Notes under the pieces: model-generated
What the model was told of the DNA's origin: nothing
Seen by the model: only the letters and a program-made list of their open reading frames with translations
Databases searched by the model: none
Shown: piece after piece, positions 37,838-50,884 of the stretch
Position numbering within the stretch: the stretch's first letter is position 1
Layout of the letters: the number at the start of each line of letters is the position of its first letter
Made by a program: the position numbers and the translations under genes
Source: Octopus sinensis
Taxonomy: Eukaryota
NCBI RefSeq assembly: GCF_006345805.1
Contig: NC_042999.1
Span: 10,478,001 to 10,542,000, forward strand
Direction: 5' to 3'
Length of the DNA: 64,000 bases

Positions 37838-37960
37838 GTAGTTTAATTATATTTCTATTTAAATTATTCATTTCATGTGAGATTAAATGATGCCTTAACA
37901 TAAAAGATGTAATTATTCTCTGTGCAGCAAAATTGAAATGTTCTCTTTTCATTTTACCAG

Positions 37961-38066
37961 GCACCCTTGTTCAGACTGGAAACTTTGTCTACCATATTAC
38001 AACATGGCTGGGATCACTCTAAAAGATGCTTTACAGAAAGCCTCGAACATTAATGAAAAGGATCAG
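37961..38066 (+). CDS. HPS3: HPS3 coding exon 9 (WHPCSDWKLCLPYYNMAGITLKDAL...DQ)
   Basis: accag acceptor after a 123-nt intron, CAG|gtctgt donor, phase 2-0. Confidence 0.88.
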
Positions 38067-39128
38067 GTCTGTATGCAATGGGTTGCAGAGGTTTTCATAA
38101 ATAAATTGACTGAGTGTGGAACTTTAGCTTCCTAAGTTTAAGACAATAGAATTAAGGCTTTGTTTTCATTCTTTAGTAACTGCGAAGTGTGTAAGGGAAC
38201 TTCTTCAAAAGTCTCTCTTTAATTACTCCTTGTTTCAAATTGTTAGATGGGAATATAAATATCACCAGGTATATGTAAATACATACAGTATGAGGTAAAG
38301 AATTCACATAAATGGTTATATTACATGATGATGTTGCATTATGTCTTTTATAGAATAAAGAATCAATGATACCTAATTGATGACTCAATACAGGTGATTG
38401 ATTTTATTGAGATATCAAACTTTCCTCTTAATATTTGATTTTGATTTTTCCAGTTTCAGCTAATGAGCTGTGGCCATGCTGGGGCACCGCCATTTGAATG
38501 ATAAAATTCAGAAACACTTAAGTATATTTGAATTGATGTTATACATTTTAAATTGAAGGAAGAGTGTCCTTGTCTTGTGTAAATCACAGACATTTCACAG
38601 ACAGAACTCAATTTGGTTCACACATTCCACACTTTCCTGCAAACACTTTGAATTTGGTTCTCTTTGCAGCACAATATGCATATTTTTCCAAATACAAGAA
38701 CAAACATTTCTCTTTTAACAAAACTTTGTCCATAACCACAAAGTTTCCACTTAACTCCATCATTTTGGTTCTAAGAGACATCAGCAGATTTAGATTCTAC
38801 AAAAAATCCAGACTCTGTTGCAGTTTAAAATTCTCTCCTAATGTCATGTGACATATTTCTGATCAATGAAGGATATTGTTCCACCATCTTTGATCTGTGG
38901 GATGTCTATCAAATGTCTTTGATAAAGTCAGTCATATGCTACAAACTGTCTGGTTTCAACATAGCTGGCAATTAGGGGACAGCATGGCCTTTCAAAAGGT
39001 ACAAGTCAGATAAGAAGCATTTTTGTCAAAGGAAACTTTAATCCTGAGTGAAGTCCCTTACGAGATTATCCAAAGCTTCAGCAGTGTTTATTATTTCTCT
39101 GTTTAATCTCTCTTATTTTATATTTCAG

Positions 39129-39215
39129 GGCATCTCCTTTAAACATGGGAAAGGGTTTCTCCATTATCTAAAAAGGAAGATTTTTGGAAATTCTGAACCT
39201 TTAAATCTAAGCACT
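39129..39215 (+). CDS. HPS3: HPS3 coding exon 10 (GISFKHGKGFLHYLKRKIFGNSEPLNLST)
   Basis: tttcag acceptor, ACT|gtaagt donor, phase 0-0; matches KYERGLIFYINHSLY block. Confidence 0.85.
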
Positions 39216-40302
39216 GTAAGTATAATCTCTTTTACATAGGTGTGGCTGTGTGGTAAGCAGTTTGCTTCCCAACTACACAGTTCTGGGGTCAGTCCCACTG
39301 CATGGCACCTTGGGTAAGTGTCTTCTATTCTAAACCCAGACTGACCAAAGCCTTGTGAGTGATCCAGTGACTGAAACAAGTAAAAGATAAAATACATCTG
39401 TCTGTGTGTCTGTTGGTATTCTTCGTAGCATGTTTACATGAAGGGTTTTATGGTTTCTTTTGCGATAACATCTGGGGAAGGAAAAGTATCAAATGGACTG
39501 TTCAATGGGATCCCCACCCCCCAAAACTGGAATCGGTTACAGTGGAGGTGGGGGTCAGGTCAAAGAATATGATTGGTAAATATTGAAACTTCATTAAATT
39601 CAAAGTATTCAAATAGAAATTCATCCTCAACTGATTGAGAAAATCGGTTGAGAATGAATTTCTATTTTCAGGTCATGCCAACCTAATTGTAGAAATATTT
39701 AACCTTCATAGGAATCAATTATATATTAATTATAATTTTATGAAACAAATAAATGAGTTTATATTTCGACGGTCTAATTATACCTAGCTATCATCTTACC
39801 TGTCTATCTTTCTACCTAGCTATTTGCATACATGCATTTGTCTGTATCAACCTCCCTATCCATCCCCCCTCTCCTTCCTTCCCTCCATTCTCTTTCTATT
39901 CACTCTTCCAGCCACCCGTCCCACCCCGTCCCCTCTCCATCATCAATAATTTAAGCCATAATTACCAAATATCCTTCCACAAGTCAGCAAATTCTAAAGA
40001 AATAAACCACAGCTCTGTTTGCAACACAAAAGCAGTGTTTATTCCGTCATAAATAAATTATTGACCTTCCATTTACGACGGAGATGTCAACTTGACTTGC
40101 TTAGTCTATATTTGGTTGCAATGTTTATTTGTTATCATGTGACATGTTAATTAGTGTCTCAGTTAATTACACCACGAGAAGGAGGCATAAATATAATGAA
40201 TGAGTTTCAATTAGTCAGAGGAATTAACATATTAAATTTTCAGCATTTTTTTCTATTCACATGACAATATATTGATGTTGTTGACCTTCAGCCATACTTC
40301 TT

Positions 40303-40344
<42 letters not shown>

Positions 40345-42460
40345 TGTGTGTGTGTGCATTCATGCATGCACATGTACATCATCATCACCGTTTAACGTCC
40401 GTTTTCCATGCTAGCATGGGTTGGACGATTTTGATTGAGGGTTGGCAAACCAGATGGCTGCACCAGGCTCCAATCTTGATCTGGCAGAGTTTCTACAGCT
40501 GGATGCCCTTCCTAATGCCAACCACTCTGAGAATGTAGTGGGTGCTTTTAACGTGCCACCGGCACGGGGCCAGTCAGGCGATACTGGCAACGACCTCTCT
40601 CGAATCTTTTTACAGATGCACTCATACATAATATGAAAAACTTATTTTTTGTGCATTTCAACTGAGTGTAATAGTTATCCTAATAGTACAAAATATATCA
40701 TCATTGTCATTTGATGTCTGTTTTCTATGCTGGCATGGGTCGGAGGGTTCAACATGATATGAAGAATCACAGAATTGTATTGTCTTCTAATGCCTGCTTT
40801 GACCTGGATATTGTTCCTGATGCCAACCACTTTACAGAATGTAATGGGTACCTTTTCTTTTCTATTTTTCAAGTGGCACCAGCACTAGTGATGTCTTCTA
40901 ATAACAGCCTAAAGGGAGGCCCCTATAATTGATGGTGAATAGAGGAAAGGATACCCATGAAGTTTGCTAGATCCTGTCAAACTGTCCAACCTAATTCCAG
41001 CATGGAAAACAATGATGTTTATCATCATCATTTAATGCCCATGTTCCATGCCAGCATATGCCGGATGGTTTGACAGGATCCAGTGTCCCCAAGGGTTGCA
41101 GAGCACTCCGATGCCTGTTTTCACATCGTTTCTGCAACTGGATGCCCTTCCTAATGCCAACCACTCAACATGTGTACAGCTTGCATTTTTTGTGCCAGCA
41201 GCACTAATGCTCTCACCTGATAGCTTCCAAGTCTACAAAATCCAATCGGTTGTGCACAAATGTTTGTGAATGTTGTTATTCCAGATTTGTCACCAGTTGA
41301 GTAAAGTGGTGATGACGTTGACATTCCCCATTGACATTACGTCTGGTTACTTTGCCCTTTCTAAGAACTGTGGAGTAAAAATATAACTCAGTTGAAACCA
41401 AGTGAGGCTGGTAACAGGAAGAGTATCGGGTCATAAGAATTTGTCTCAAGTAACTCCTTGTTTGAATCAACCATCATCATCATCATCATTTAACATCCAT
41501 CATCCATGCTAGCATGGGTTGGACACTTTGACAGGAACTGGTAAAGTTGAGGAGTGTCCCAAACTCCAATGTCTGCCCTGGCATGGTTTCTATGGCTGGG
41601 TGCCGCCCTTCCTAACACCAACCACTTTACAGAGTGGACTGGGTGCCTTTTATGTGGCACCAACAATGGTGAGGTCACCAAGCAGCTTGCAAGACAAAGA
41701 TCCTTCAACTGAGAGGGGAATAATATTGAGGGAGGTGGCTTTGTGCCAGGTAAAGTGAAGTTAGAGAAACAGGTGTCTTGCAGTGGAGGAAATACATGGT
41801 GACCCCTGTCAGAAGGCAGGAGAGAGAGAGACAGAGCGATAAAGATGTTGTGTCAGGTGGGGGGGATACTCTCAAGAGTCAGTGGGGGAGGGGAGTGTGA
41901 AAGTAGGGAGTTTGCAAAAGTTCAACGGGGAGAAGGGAGGGAAGGGGGAATTTGGTCAGGGTGGGGACAGCAACGGAATAGCAATGATACAGTTAACAGG
42001 AGGAGGAGGACAAGAGGGAGAGATGACAGAAGTGTTTGGGCTGCTGGAGTGAGGAGGAGGTACGAAGGAAAGATGGAGTTTGGTTCATTGGGGTGTGGTG
42101 TGTGGGTGTGTGAATTAATGTGGGTGGAATGCACAGTGCTTCCAGAACTTAGTTTTGCTGAGGTGGGTGGGTCTTTTTAGCACCAGGCATCTCAGTCCAT
42201 TCTCATCTCCTCGGTGAGGCCCAGCATCTTCAGATTGGGCTTCACTACATCATCCCATGCCATCCCGTGTCTTCCTGGCTCACCCACTTCCGCAAATGCC
42301 ATCACACACACACACACACACACACGCACACGTGATGAACAGTATTGTAACTTAACCAGCTGACATCTCTTCTTTGGGTTGAATGTTATAAATAAATCAG
42401 GTTCTTTGTTACTTGAAATAAGCAAACCGTTGAGGTTTATAGGTTTGCAAGATGAAATAG

Positions 42461-42624
42461 GTCTCTCTCTCCCCCTCTCTCTCATCTCTCCCCCTCTCTC
42501 TCATTTCTCCCCCCTCTCTCTCTCATCTCTCTCGTTTCTCTCTCTCTCTCTCATCTCTGTCTGTCTCTCTCTCTCTCTCATCTCTGTTTGTCTGTCTGTC
42601 TGTCTCTCTCTCATCTCTCTCATC

Positions 42625-42659
<35 letters not shown>

Positions 42660-42761
42660 CATCTCTGTCTGTCTGTCTCTCTCATCTCTGTCTGTCTGTC
42701 TCTCTCATCTCTGTCTGTCTGTCTCTCTCTCTCTGTCTGTCTGTCTGTCTTCTCTCTCATC

Positions 42762-42795
<34 letters not shown>

Positions 42796-42931
42796 ATCTC
42801 TGTCTGTCTATCTGTCTGTCTCTCTCATCTCTGTCTGTCTGTCTCTCTCTCTCTCTCTCATCTCTGTCTGTCTGTCTCTCTCTCTCATCTCTGTCTGTCT
42901 GTCTGTCTGTCTCTCTCTCATCTCTCTCATC

Positions 42932-42969
<38 letters not shown>

Positions 42970-43122
42970 ATCTCTGTCTGTCTATCTGTCTGTCTCTCTC
43001 ATCTCTGTCTGTCTGTCTCTCTCATCTCTGTCTATCTGTCTCTCTCTCTCTCTCTCTCTCTCTGTCTGTCTGTCTCTCTCTATCTCTGTCTGTCTGTCTG
43101 TCTCTCTCTCATCTCTCTCATC

Positions 43123-43168
<46 letters not shown>

Positions 43169-43357
43169 ATCTCTGTCTGTCTATCTGTCTGTCTCTCTCA
43201 TCTCTGTCTGTCTGTCTGTCTCTCTCTCTCTCATCTCTGTCTGTCTGTCTCTCTCATCTCTGTCTGTCTGTCTGTCTCTCTCTCTCTCATCTCTGTCTGT
43301 CTGTCTCTCTCATCTCTGTCTGTCTGTCTCTCTCTCTCGCTCTCTCTTTGTCTCATT
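42461..43357. repeat. Compound (TC)n/(TCTG)n/TCA microsatellite, ~0.9 kb
   Basis: Directly visible; explains the spurious SLSVC ORFs. Confidence 0.95.
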
Positions 43358-43995
43358 ATTACATGAATTGTGCATGAAGATTCATTATTTTGTTGTAATA
43401 TGTTCAATAAAAGTTTGAACTCATTACTATTATTATTATTATTATTGTTATTATTGTCAGGGCAGTGAGATGGCAGAACGGTCACTGCTCTGGACAAAAT
43501 GCTTTGTGGCACTTCTTCCAGCTTCATGTTCTGAGTTCAAACTCCACCAAGTTCCACTCTGCTTTTCATCCTTCTGAGGTCAGTGAAAATCACTACCACT
43601 CATGTACCAGGTTCGATGTAACCGACTTCCTCCTCCTCCTCCTCCTCAGAATTACTGGCCTTGTGCCAAAACTTAGAAAGAATTATCATTTTGGTCTTCT
43701 TGCCATAGAATATATTTAGATCTCAACAAGGCTGTATAAAGGAATTGGTTTCTGGGAAGGATGAGACTAATCCATGCCATGCTACCGACTCTGCCTCAAC
43801 AACAAAATTCCTTTCTACTATAGGCCTGAAAGTTTGAGGGGAGGGGCTACTCAAATGGTTCTTATTCTATTTAGCCGTGAAAGGATGAAAGGCAAAGATG
43901 ACTGTGGCAGCAGGATTTGAATTCAGAACATAAAGATGAGCAAAATGCTTCATTCTGTCCAGCAGGCTAACAATTCTGTCAGCTTGTCCCCTTAA

Positions 43996-44388
43996 TAATA
44001 ATGTCCCTTAGTGGCTGACGATATGTGCATCTCTGATCACGAGCAGAAGTAGTGGGGGAGCATCATAGCCGTGTGATGAGAGGGATTCTTTGGGGTTTGA
44101 ATAATTCACCTCTGGAAACATGGGTGGTTCTTTCAATATCTTTAAACAACCCTTATTCAGGGACCTTTTGTGTGGGATGGGCCACTCAACCTGAAGAAAA
44201 TTCTAACTGGGCCCCACCTGCAAGGTCATGTGCTGTTTATCTTGATATGAGATCACCATGTCGTGCACATATGGTTGTGTTGCATGTGCCTGGTGTGCCC
44301 TTATCAGACGGGTAGTCATGATGAGTATACTGGGTTTCGTATATTTTACCCCAGTGTCACTTTGATGGCATGCACTGCTCTCTCACTC

Positions 44389-44426
<38 letters not shown>

Positions 44427-44480
44427 TAATAATAACAATAATAATAATAATAATAATAATAATGATGATGATGATGATGA
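43996..44480 (+). mobile_element. Unclassified ~400-bp retroposon with long (AAT)n tail
   Basis: GC-richer block bounded by aataataat on the left and a long (AAT)n then (GAT)n run on the right; no recognisable ORF. Confidence 0.5.
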
Positions 44481-44501
44481 TATATATTTTATATTTTCCA
44501 G

Positions 44502-44598
44502 GACGAAAGCAATCTGATATTGTCCGTGTTCTACAAATGTTCAGCTCAGGATGTTTCCAGTATCATCTTATTATCCAGATTGAAAAATTACTCTCCTG
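44502..44598 (+). CDS. HPS3: HPS3 coding exon 11 (DESNLILSVFYKCSAQDVSSIILLSRLKNYSP)
   Basis: ttttccag acceptor, G|gtatgt donor, phase 0-1. Confidence 0.85.
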
Positions 44599-44788
44599 GT
44601 ATGTAAACACTCCCCCCACACATCCTGCCCCCTGTTGTCATTCATTTTGTTCTTACTTTGCATAAACAATCCCTTTGTCTTAAAAAGTGCACAAAAGGGC
44701 AACACATCTTCTCAAACTATGAACAAATTTGAAACTTAAAAGAGAAACTGAAGGTTAGATATATTATTGTTATGTTTATTTAAATAAT

Positions 44789-44982
44789 TTAACCCTTTTG
44801 ATAGCACCCCACCACCCTCACACCACCACCGCCCCTGGTCCCATGATACAAATTTTCCGTTTTAAAGTGATCTAAATTAGAACTTCCATCAGAATTTTAA
44901 ATTAATTAATGTTGTCATTATTTTCAAAATTAAAAAAAAAAAAGCAGCAGATTAAAACAGAAATATGATTACAAAAGTGTCA
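44789..44982 (+). mobile_element. piggyBac-type MITE family (also ~21590-21860, 26167-26380, 29110-29441)
   Basis: TTAA-CCCTTT start, ...AAAGAGG-TTAA end in the 29.4 kb copy, shared AT-rich interior. Confidence 0.55.
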
Positions 44983-45029
44983 ATAGATGTTGTTGGGGTT
45001 CATCTTTTATGTATGCCCCCTCCCCCCTA

Positions 45030-45745
45030 GTTTTAACTAGTTTGTTTGCTTTACTGATCTCTTCAGGATTCTGGCTTTCTTAGAAATTACTGAAGATGAA
45101 ATATGGAGTGAATTTTAGGGCTTATAAATCTAATATTTTCCAATCCTTCCTTAAGACCGGTTCCCATATGCTGTTCATATCTGCACTCAGTCTGCTTAGG
45201 AGGTTGTTGTGTCCTAATATAAGTGCTGCCTCTTTTAGTTTTCATATTTTCCAGTGGTGTTCTCTGTCTATTATTTTAACTTCATCCCACAGGGGGTAGG
45301 TGGTCTCCATTTTCCCATACATGATCAGCTATACCTGATTTATCAATATCTCCTCATGTCACAGCTTTGCGATGTTCCTCTACCCTTATTTTGAGGGGGA
45401 AGCATGTTTCGCTTTTGTATATCCTACCACAGCTGCATGGGATGGAGTATACACAGTCTTTGGTCAGTCTTTGGTCATATTCTCTTTGATTGGTGGTTTT
45501 ACTCAAAGGAGATATTTACAAAGCATTGTACTGCTCTTGAATACTGTCCTGATGTCATATGGGCCACATATCTTTTGTATCTTTTCGGAGAGGCCTTTCA
45601 CATAGGGTAGACGGACTGTTGACAGTTTATTGGTTTCATCCTCTCTTATTTCATAATTGGAGTGGAGAGTATGTTTTTGGGGTTGTTGTTACTTAATAGA
45701 TTGTTACTGAGCTTGATCATTTCTTCATGGTGGGTATCACGATTG
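45030..45745 (-). mobile_element. Second Penelope-like element fragment (GIY-YIG)
   Basis: Minus strand: LPYVKGLSEKIQKI..., CVYSIPCSCGRIYKSET..LKIRVEEH, SGIADH, KLKEA. Confidence 0.85.
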
Positions 45746-45927
45746 CTACTTATATTCATTGCTCAATGTTTTAGGCACTGAGCAATCCCTCTCTTTAGGG
45801 GCTGAGCATTCCCACCATCCATACAGTGTAATGTATCTTTTTTGTTGTTTGAAACTCTCCCCCCCCACCCTCCGTCCAACACCCTTCTGCTTACATTCCG
45901 TTCTGATTTCACTGACTTTTATTTCAG

Positions 45928-45997
45928 AAAAAACTCTTGCCTTGATGGGTGACATTAAAAAGCGGGATTTGAAATTTGGAAAGAAATCCAAACTAAG
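45928..45997 (+). CDS. HPS3: HPS3 coding exon 12 (EKTLALMGDIKKRDLKFGKKSKL)
   Basis: atttcag acceptor, AG|gtaagt donor, phase 1-2; fits the frame between exons 11 and 13. Confidence 0.8.
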
Positions 45998-47139
45998 GTA
46001 AGTTGGAATCAATAAACGAAAGGGAAATAGGTTTCTAGAAATAATAATAATTATAGTAATGGTTTCAAATTTTGGGGGAAGGGCTAAGTTGATAAAATCA
46101 ACCCCAGTACACAACTGGTACTTATTTTTATTGACCCCTAGAAAAATGAAAGGCAAAATTGGTCTGGGTAGAATTTGAACTCAGAATGCAAAGACAGTGG
46201 AGAAATGCTGTTAAACATTTTGTCTGCCAGTTTAGCATTGGAGATCTTTTGCCTCATCCATTGATGAAGAGTGTGACTACTGGCATGAAAGGATGCAATT
46301 GATAACAACAATAACGATCATCATCATCATCATCGTCGTTTAGCGTCCGTTTTCCATGCTAGCATGGGTTGGACGGTTCTACTGGGGTCTGTGAAGCCAG
46401 AAGGCTTCATCAGGCCCAGTCAAATCTGGCAGTGTTTCTACGGCTGGATGCCCTTCCTAACGCCAACCACTCCGTGAGTGTAGTGGGTGCTTTTTACGTG
46501 CCACCCGCACAGGTGCCAGACAGAGCTGGCAAACGGCCACGAACGGATGGTGCTTTTTATGTGCCACCGGCACAAGGGCCAGGCAGGGCTGGCAACAGAC
46601 ACGAAACGGGGCGGTGCTGGCAACGGTCGCGAAACGGAAGGTTCTCTTACATGCCACCGGCACTGGTAACACATCTACAATTTCCATTGATCACTTTCCA
46701 TTCTGATCCTCACTTGCCTCAACGGGTCTTCACAAGTAGATATTAATAATAATAACAATAATAATGAAATAACGGTAAATGAAATTTCTACTAAAAGTAA
46801 AAAAAAGAAAATGTGTTGAGTTTAGATTATTTTCAGGTAAATTATAATATTCTTGGCACTGTTAATTCTTCTGTTGCCATGTCGTTGATGAGAAATGGCT
46901 CAGGTAAAAAATTGATTGGTGGGGTGGGTGGGGGTCTGTAGATGGAGAATAAAAGATCACCTGTAAGTCAAAGAAGATGAAATATCTTAGAGGAGTTTTA
47001 AGGAACAAGAAAATGGTTTTCTTGTCCTTTCCTTGCTTCTCAGAAAGAGAAGTTCAGCTCAGTATGTTAACAAAGAAACACTTGTTAGTTATACGGTGGG
47101 ACTTACTTGTTATAATAGTAAGGACTTCCTTTACTCCAT

Positions 47140-47720
47140 GGCAGCGCCTTAAGGGGCTGTGAACTGCCTGTTTGAGACAAGTAAACTCTTTAGGCATAGA
47201 AGCGCCAACAGCTGAACCTACCCATGGAGGGAGATGAAACCATCCTGCATGCAGTCCTTCTGTGTCTGTGCATTATTAGAGAGGGGTGGTCTTGTCTGGA
47301 GCAGCTGCTGTCTCATGTCAGACAGATTCAGTTGCCTTTAGCAGAATGAAGATCAATGCATCCGCTTCCTTCAGCAGAGAAACCAGGCAGGTCTTTCTCT
47401 GCTGAGTGGCTGAAGCGAAAGAGGCTGTGTGGTGGACATGTCTGCAAGCTTTGAAGACAGGCACTTTCCTGTCTGGCCAAGCCCTCATTTGAAGAGTGGG
47501 GTGATGGTAAAGAGGGAGGTGCTGCCTCCTGCTGAGAGTAGCAAGACTGGTGAAACCAAATGGACTGACTCTGAGAATGTTTTTCTAAATAGGAAGAAGG
47601 AAACCAGAAGACGGTACTTCCCCATTCCTTGGGGATGACAGAGTAATCCAGGACTTTTGTGTGGGGTTTACCCTGGATTACCCTAAGTGGACTGCCCTGC
47701 TATTGAGGATTCTAGTTATT
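47140..47720 (+). mobile_element. Probable Tx1/L1-clade LINE ORF2 3' relic
   Basis: Degenerate GDETILHAVLLC...W..LEQLL...AKEAVWW resembles the zinc-knuckle end of Tx1/L1 ORF2; GC-richer than its flanks. Confidence 0.45.
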
Positions 47721-47947
47721 TATTTATTAATTATTTATTTCTATGTATATGTGCTTTGTTATATCCTTTGATGTGGTAGTGTCTCCCTTTGATCGATGTA
47801 ACCTTCATTTGTGTTTTTTGCGTGTTGTGACTTGTCCTTTGATATTGTCCTCAATGTCTTGGGCCCTTGTGGACAATGAAAGAAATCATCATCATCATTA
47901 TTATTGTTATTGTTATTATTATTATTATTATTGTTATTGTCTTTCAG

Positions 47948-48035
47948 CTACCTGAACAATTTAGCCTGTGTTGTTTTGTACTTAGACCTCTGTGACTTAG
48001 ACGCTGCTGAGCTGGAACTCTCGAATATACCAAAA
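47948..48035 (+). CDS. HPS3: HPS3 coding exon 13 (SYLNNLACVVLYLDLCDLDAAELELSNIPK)
   Basis: ctttcag acceptor, AAA|gtaagt donor, phase 2-0. Confidence 0.82.
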
Positions 48036-49758
48036 GTAAGTCCCCAATCATTTATCTACGAATAACTAATTCTTATAATTAAACACAATCCCAATACCTG
48101 CCCCACCACTTCCACCTGATATATTTGTATCTATTTTTATAAACTCTGAAAAGGTGTGAGTTAATGTCATCATCATTATCATCATCGTTTAACGTCCGCT
48201 TTCCATGCTAGCATGGATTGGATGGTTGGACTGAGGACTGGCGAACCAGATGGCTGCACCAGGCTGGCCACAGTCTGTGAATTCTAATCCAATCTTTTGT
48301 TCTGAACTGTGACGTATTGAGGGACAAAATAAGACATATCTGTGTATGGTGTGGGTCCCATGATTGATTGGACCCTGGGAGTTCCTCAGAAGGCTTTCAA
48401 TAATATCTCACAAAATCTTATCCGGCAACAATGTGTTTCTATTGATGGGGATTTCCTTTAAGAATTAAGAATGCCTTTGTCTTGAGATGACCAGAGATGG
48501 ACCGTCAAACATTTCACTTGTAGACTGGTCCTTGTTTCAGTTGCCCTGCGTCAACTCTTATTAGCAAAAACACATTCAGCCAGAAACTACATTTTAGGTT
48601 TACTGCATTTTACATACATACATACATACATACGTACGTACGGTAAACACCCACAAGGTTATCAACCACCTCACCAACAACAACACTGAACACCTTTTTG
48701 ATCTCCATGTGTCTAACACACGTGGACATGCCTACAAAGTCAGAAAACAACACAGCTCCCATGACTTTCGGAAACATTTTTTCACGCTCAGAGTTGCTGA
48801 AGCATGGAATAAACTGCCTGCATCAGTTGTTGACTGCCATGACACTGCATCCTTTAAGGCCCTCATGCTTTCCGAAATCCGCCGAAACTACACATGATTA
48901 TATATACACTTTAGATGAGTTGTAGTGCACCTGAGCACTGTACACAATTATTATTATTATTATTATTATTATATACATACATACATACATACATAGGCGC
49001 AGGAGTGGCTGTATAGTAAGTAGCTTGCTAACCAACCACATTGGTCGGCTATAGCCCCGAGCCGACCAATGCCTTGTGAGTGGATTTGGTAGACGGAAAC
49101 TGAAAGAAGCCTGTCGTATATATGTATATATATGTGTGTGTGTGTTTGTCCCCCTAGCATTGCTTGACAACCGATGCTGGTGTGCTTACATCCCCGTCAC
49201 TTAGCGGTTCGGCAAAAAGAGACCGATAGAATAAGTACTGGGCTTACAAAGAATAAGTCCCCGGGGTCGATTTGCTCGACTAAAGGCGGTGCTCCAGTAT
49301 GGCTGCAGTCAAATAACTGAAACGAGTAAAAGAGTATATATGAGAGAGAGAGGGGCACAAGAGTAGCTCTGTGGTAAGAGGTTTGCTTCCTAACCAGTGG
49401 GTTCTGGGTTCAGTCTCACTGCATGGCATCTTGGGCAAATGTTTTCTATCATAGCCTGTCAGTGGAATTGGTAGACGGAAACTGAAAGAAGCCCATTGTG
49501 TGTGTATCTCTGTTTGCCCCTCCCCACCATTTGACAAGTGGTGTTGGTGTGTTTACATCCCTGTGACTTAGTAGTTTCACAAAAGAGAATGATAGAATAA
49601 GTATGAGGCTTTAAATAAGGAAGTGCTGGGGGGGGGGTCGATTTGATTTTAAAAAAACCCTCAAGGTGGTGCCCCAGCATGGCCACCATCAAGTAAAAGA
49701 TAAAAGATATATAAAAGTATAAACCTTCATTTATGTGTCCTAATTATCTTAATTACAG

Positions 49759-49836
49759 ACAGACCTTGTACAGATTTGTGTTGAACATTCACGACTAATT
49801 CATGAAAATATGGATAAACTAACTCCATTTGCTCAG
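49759..49836 (+). CDS. HPS3: HPS3 coding exon 14 (TDLVQICVEHSRLIHENMDKLTPFAQ)
   Basis: aattacag acceptor, CAG|gtaaac donor, phase 0-0; aligns to KLVCGFILEPRLL...PTELA. Confidence 0.78.
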
Positions 49837-50884
49837 GTAAACTCATCCTCTTCTTCTTCCTCCTCCTTCTTCTTCTTCCTTTAAAACATTTTTTTATGAA
49901 GTGTTCCAATTCTGTTTACTTTTGTTTTTCTTGTATTTGTTTCTGCCCCAGCTGCAGCAAACTCCTTCAAAGCTTCTAATAGACATTATCAATCAATCAC
50001 CTGATCTATAATGCTTTAAGGGTTAATCCATCGTCATCATCATCATTTGTGTTCCATGCTGTGATGGTTTGGATGGTTTGATGGGACCCACTGAGCCAGT
50101 TGGGTCCATGGAGCTTCAGTTTCTACTTTGGCAGGGTTTCCATAGCTGGATGCCCTTCCTAATGTCAACCACTTACAAAACGTATTTGGTGATTATTTCT
50201 CTTTTGTTGGCACCAGCACTTGTGAGGTCACCAAGTTGTTTGCAAGACGAGGCCCCTTCACAGAATGAGGATGCCGTATTGAGGGTGATGGCTTTGTGTC
50301 TGGTGTTGAGAAGTTGAAGTATGAAAGAGGGACTAGTACGAGTGTCTTGCTGTAGAGGAGATACATGGCTACCCAGCCAGAAAGGGAAAAAGGACTGTGA
50401 AGTCAAGGAGTCATAGTACATTCTCTATGGGGTTTCGGTTGCGCATACCATAGGAGTCACAGGGCACTGCTCTATGTAGTCTTCATGTTTCCTTCTAACT
50501 AGGAATATTAGGGTCCCATCCATTGTCTTGTATTCAAGATCCTCTGCATGACATCCTGCTAGTTCAAAGCCAGGAATCTGGTCTGTTTGGTCCCCTGCAG
50601 ATAACTAAATCCATGCCCTGCTGCCGACGCTTCGATTTATTGTCATTGAGGTTTACTCCTCTGATGGTTAAGGTTTTGTCTGTCTCCTACCCTTTGACCT
50701 GTCAGGCCTGGTAAGACCTGCCTGAAGATTTCTCAAGGTACAAGAAGGTAGATAAAGAGAGAAAGGGAACAGAGAATGAAGGATGGCTGGGTGGGTAGTT
50801 AGGTTGTGAGTTTGTGAAAGGAGAATAAAAGATGATTTGAGATGAGGGTGGATATGAATGCATTGAAGTGAATGGTGAACAAAC

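Noticed and set aside
42379-43418. 332-aa and 276-aa Ser/Leu/Cys ORFs
   Set aside because: Translation of a TC/TCTG microsatellite.
45035-45070. Minus-strand CTGAAGA...aaactagtt at the end of the second Penelope fragment
   Set aside because: The position is suggestive, but GAAA and stem II are not intact; too decayed to call a hammerhead.
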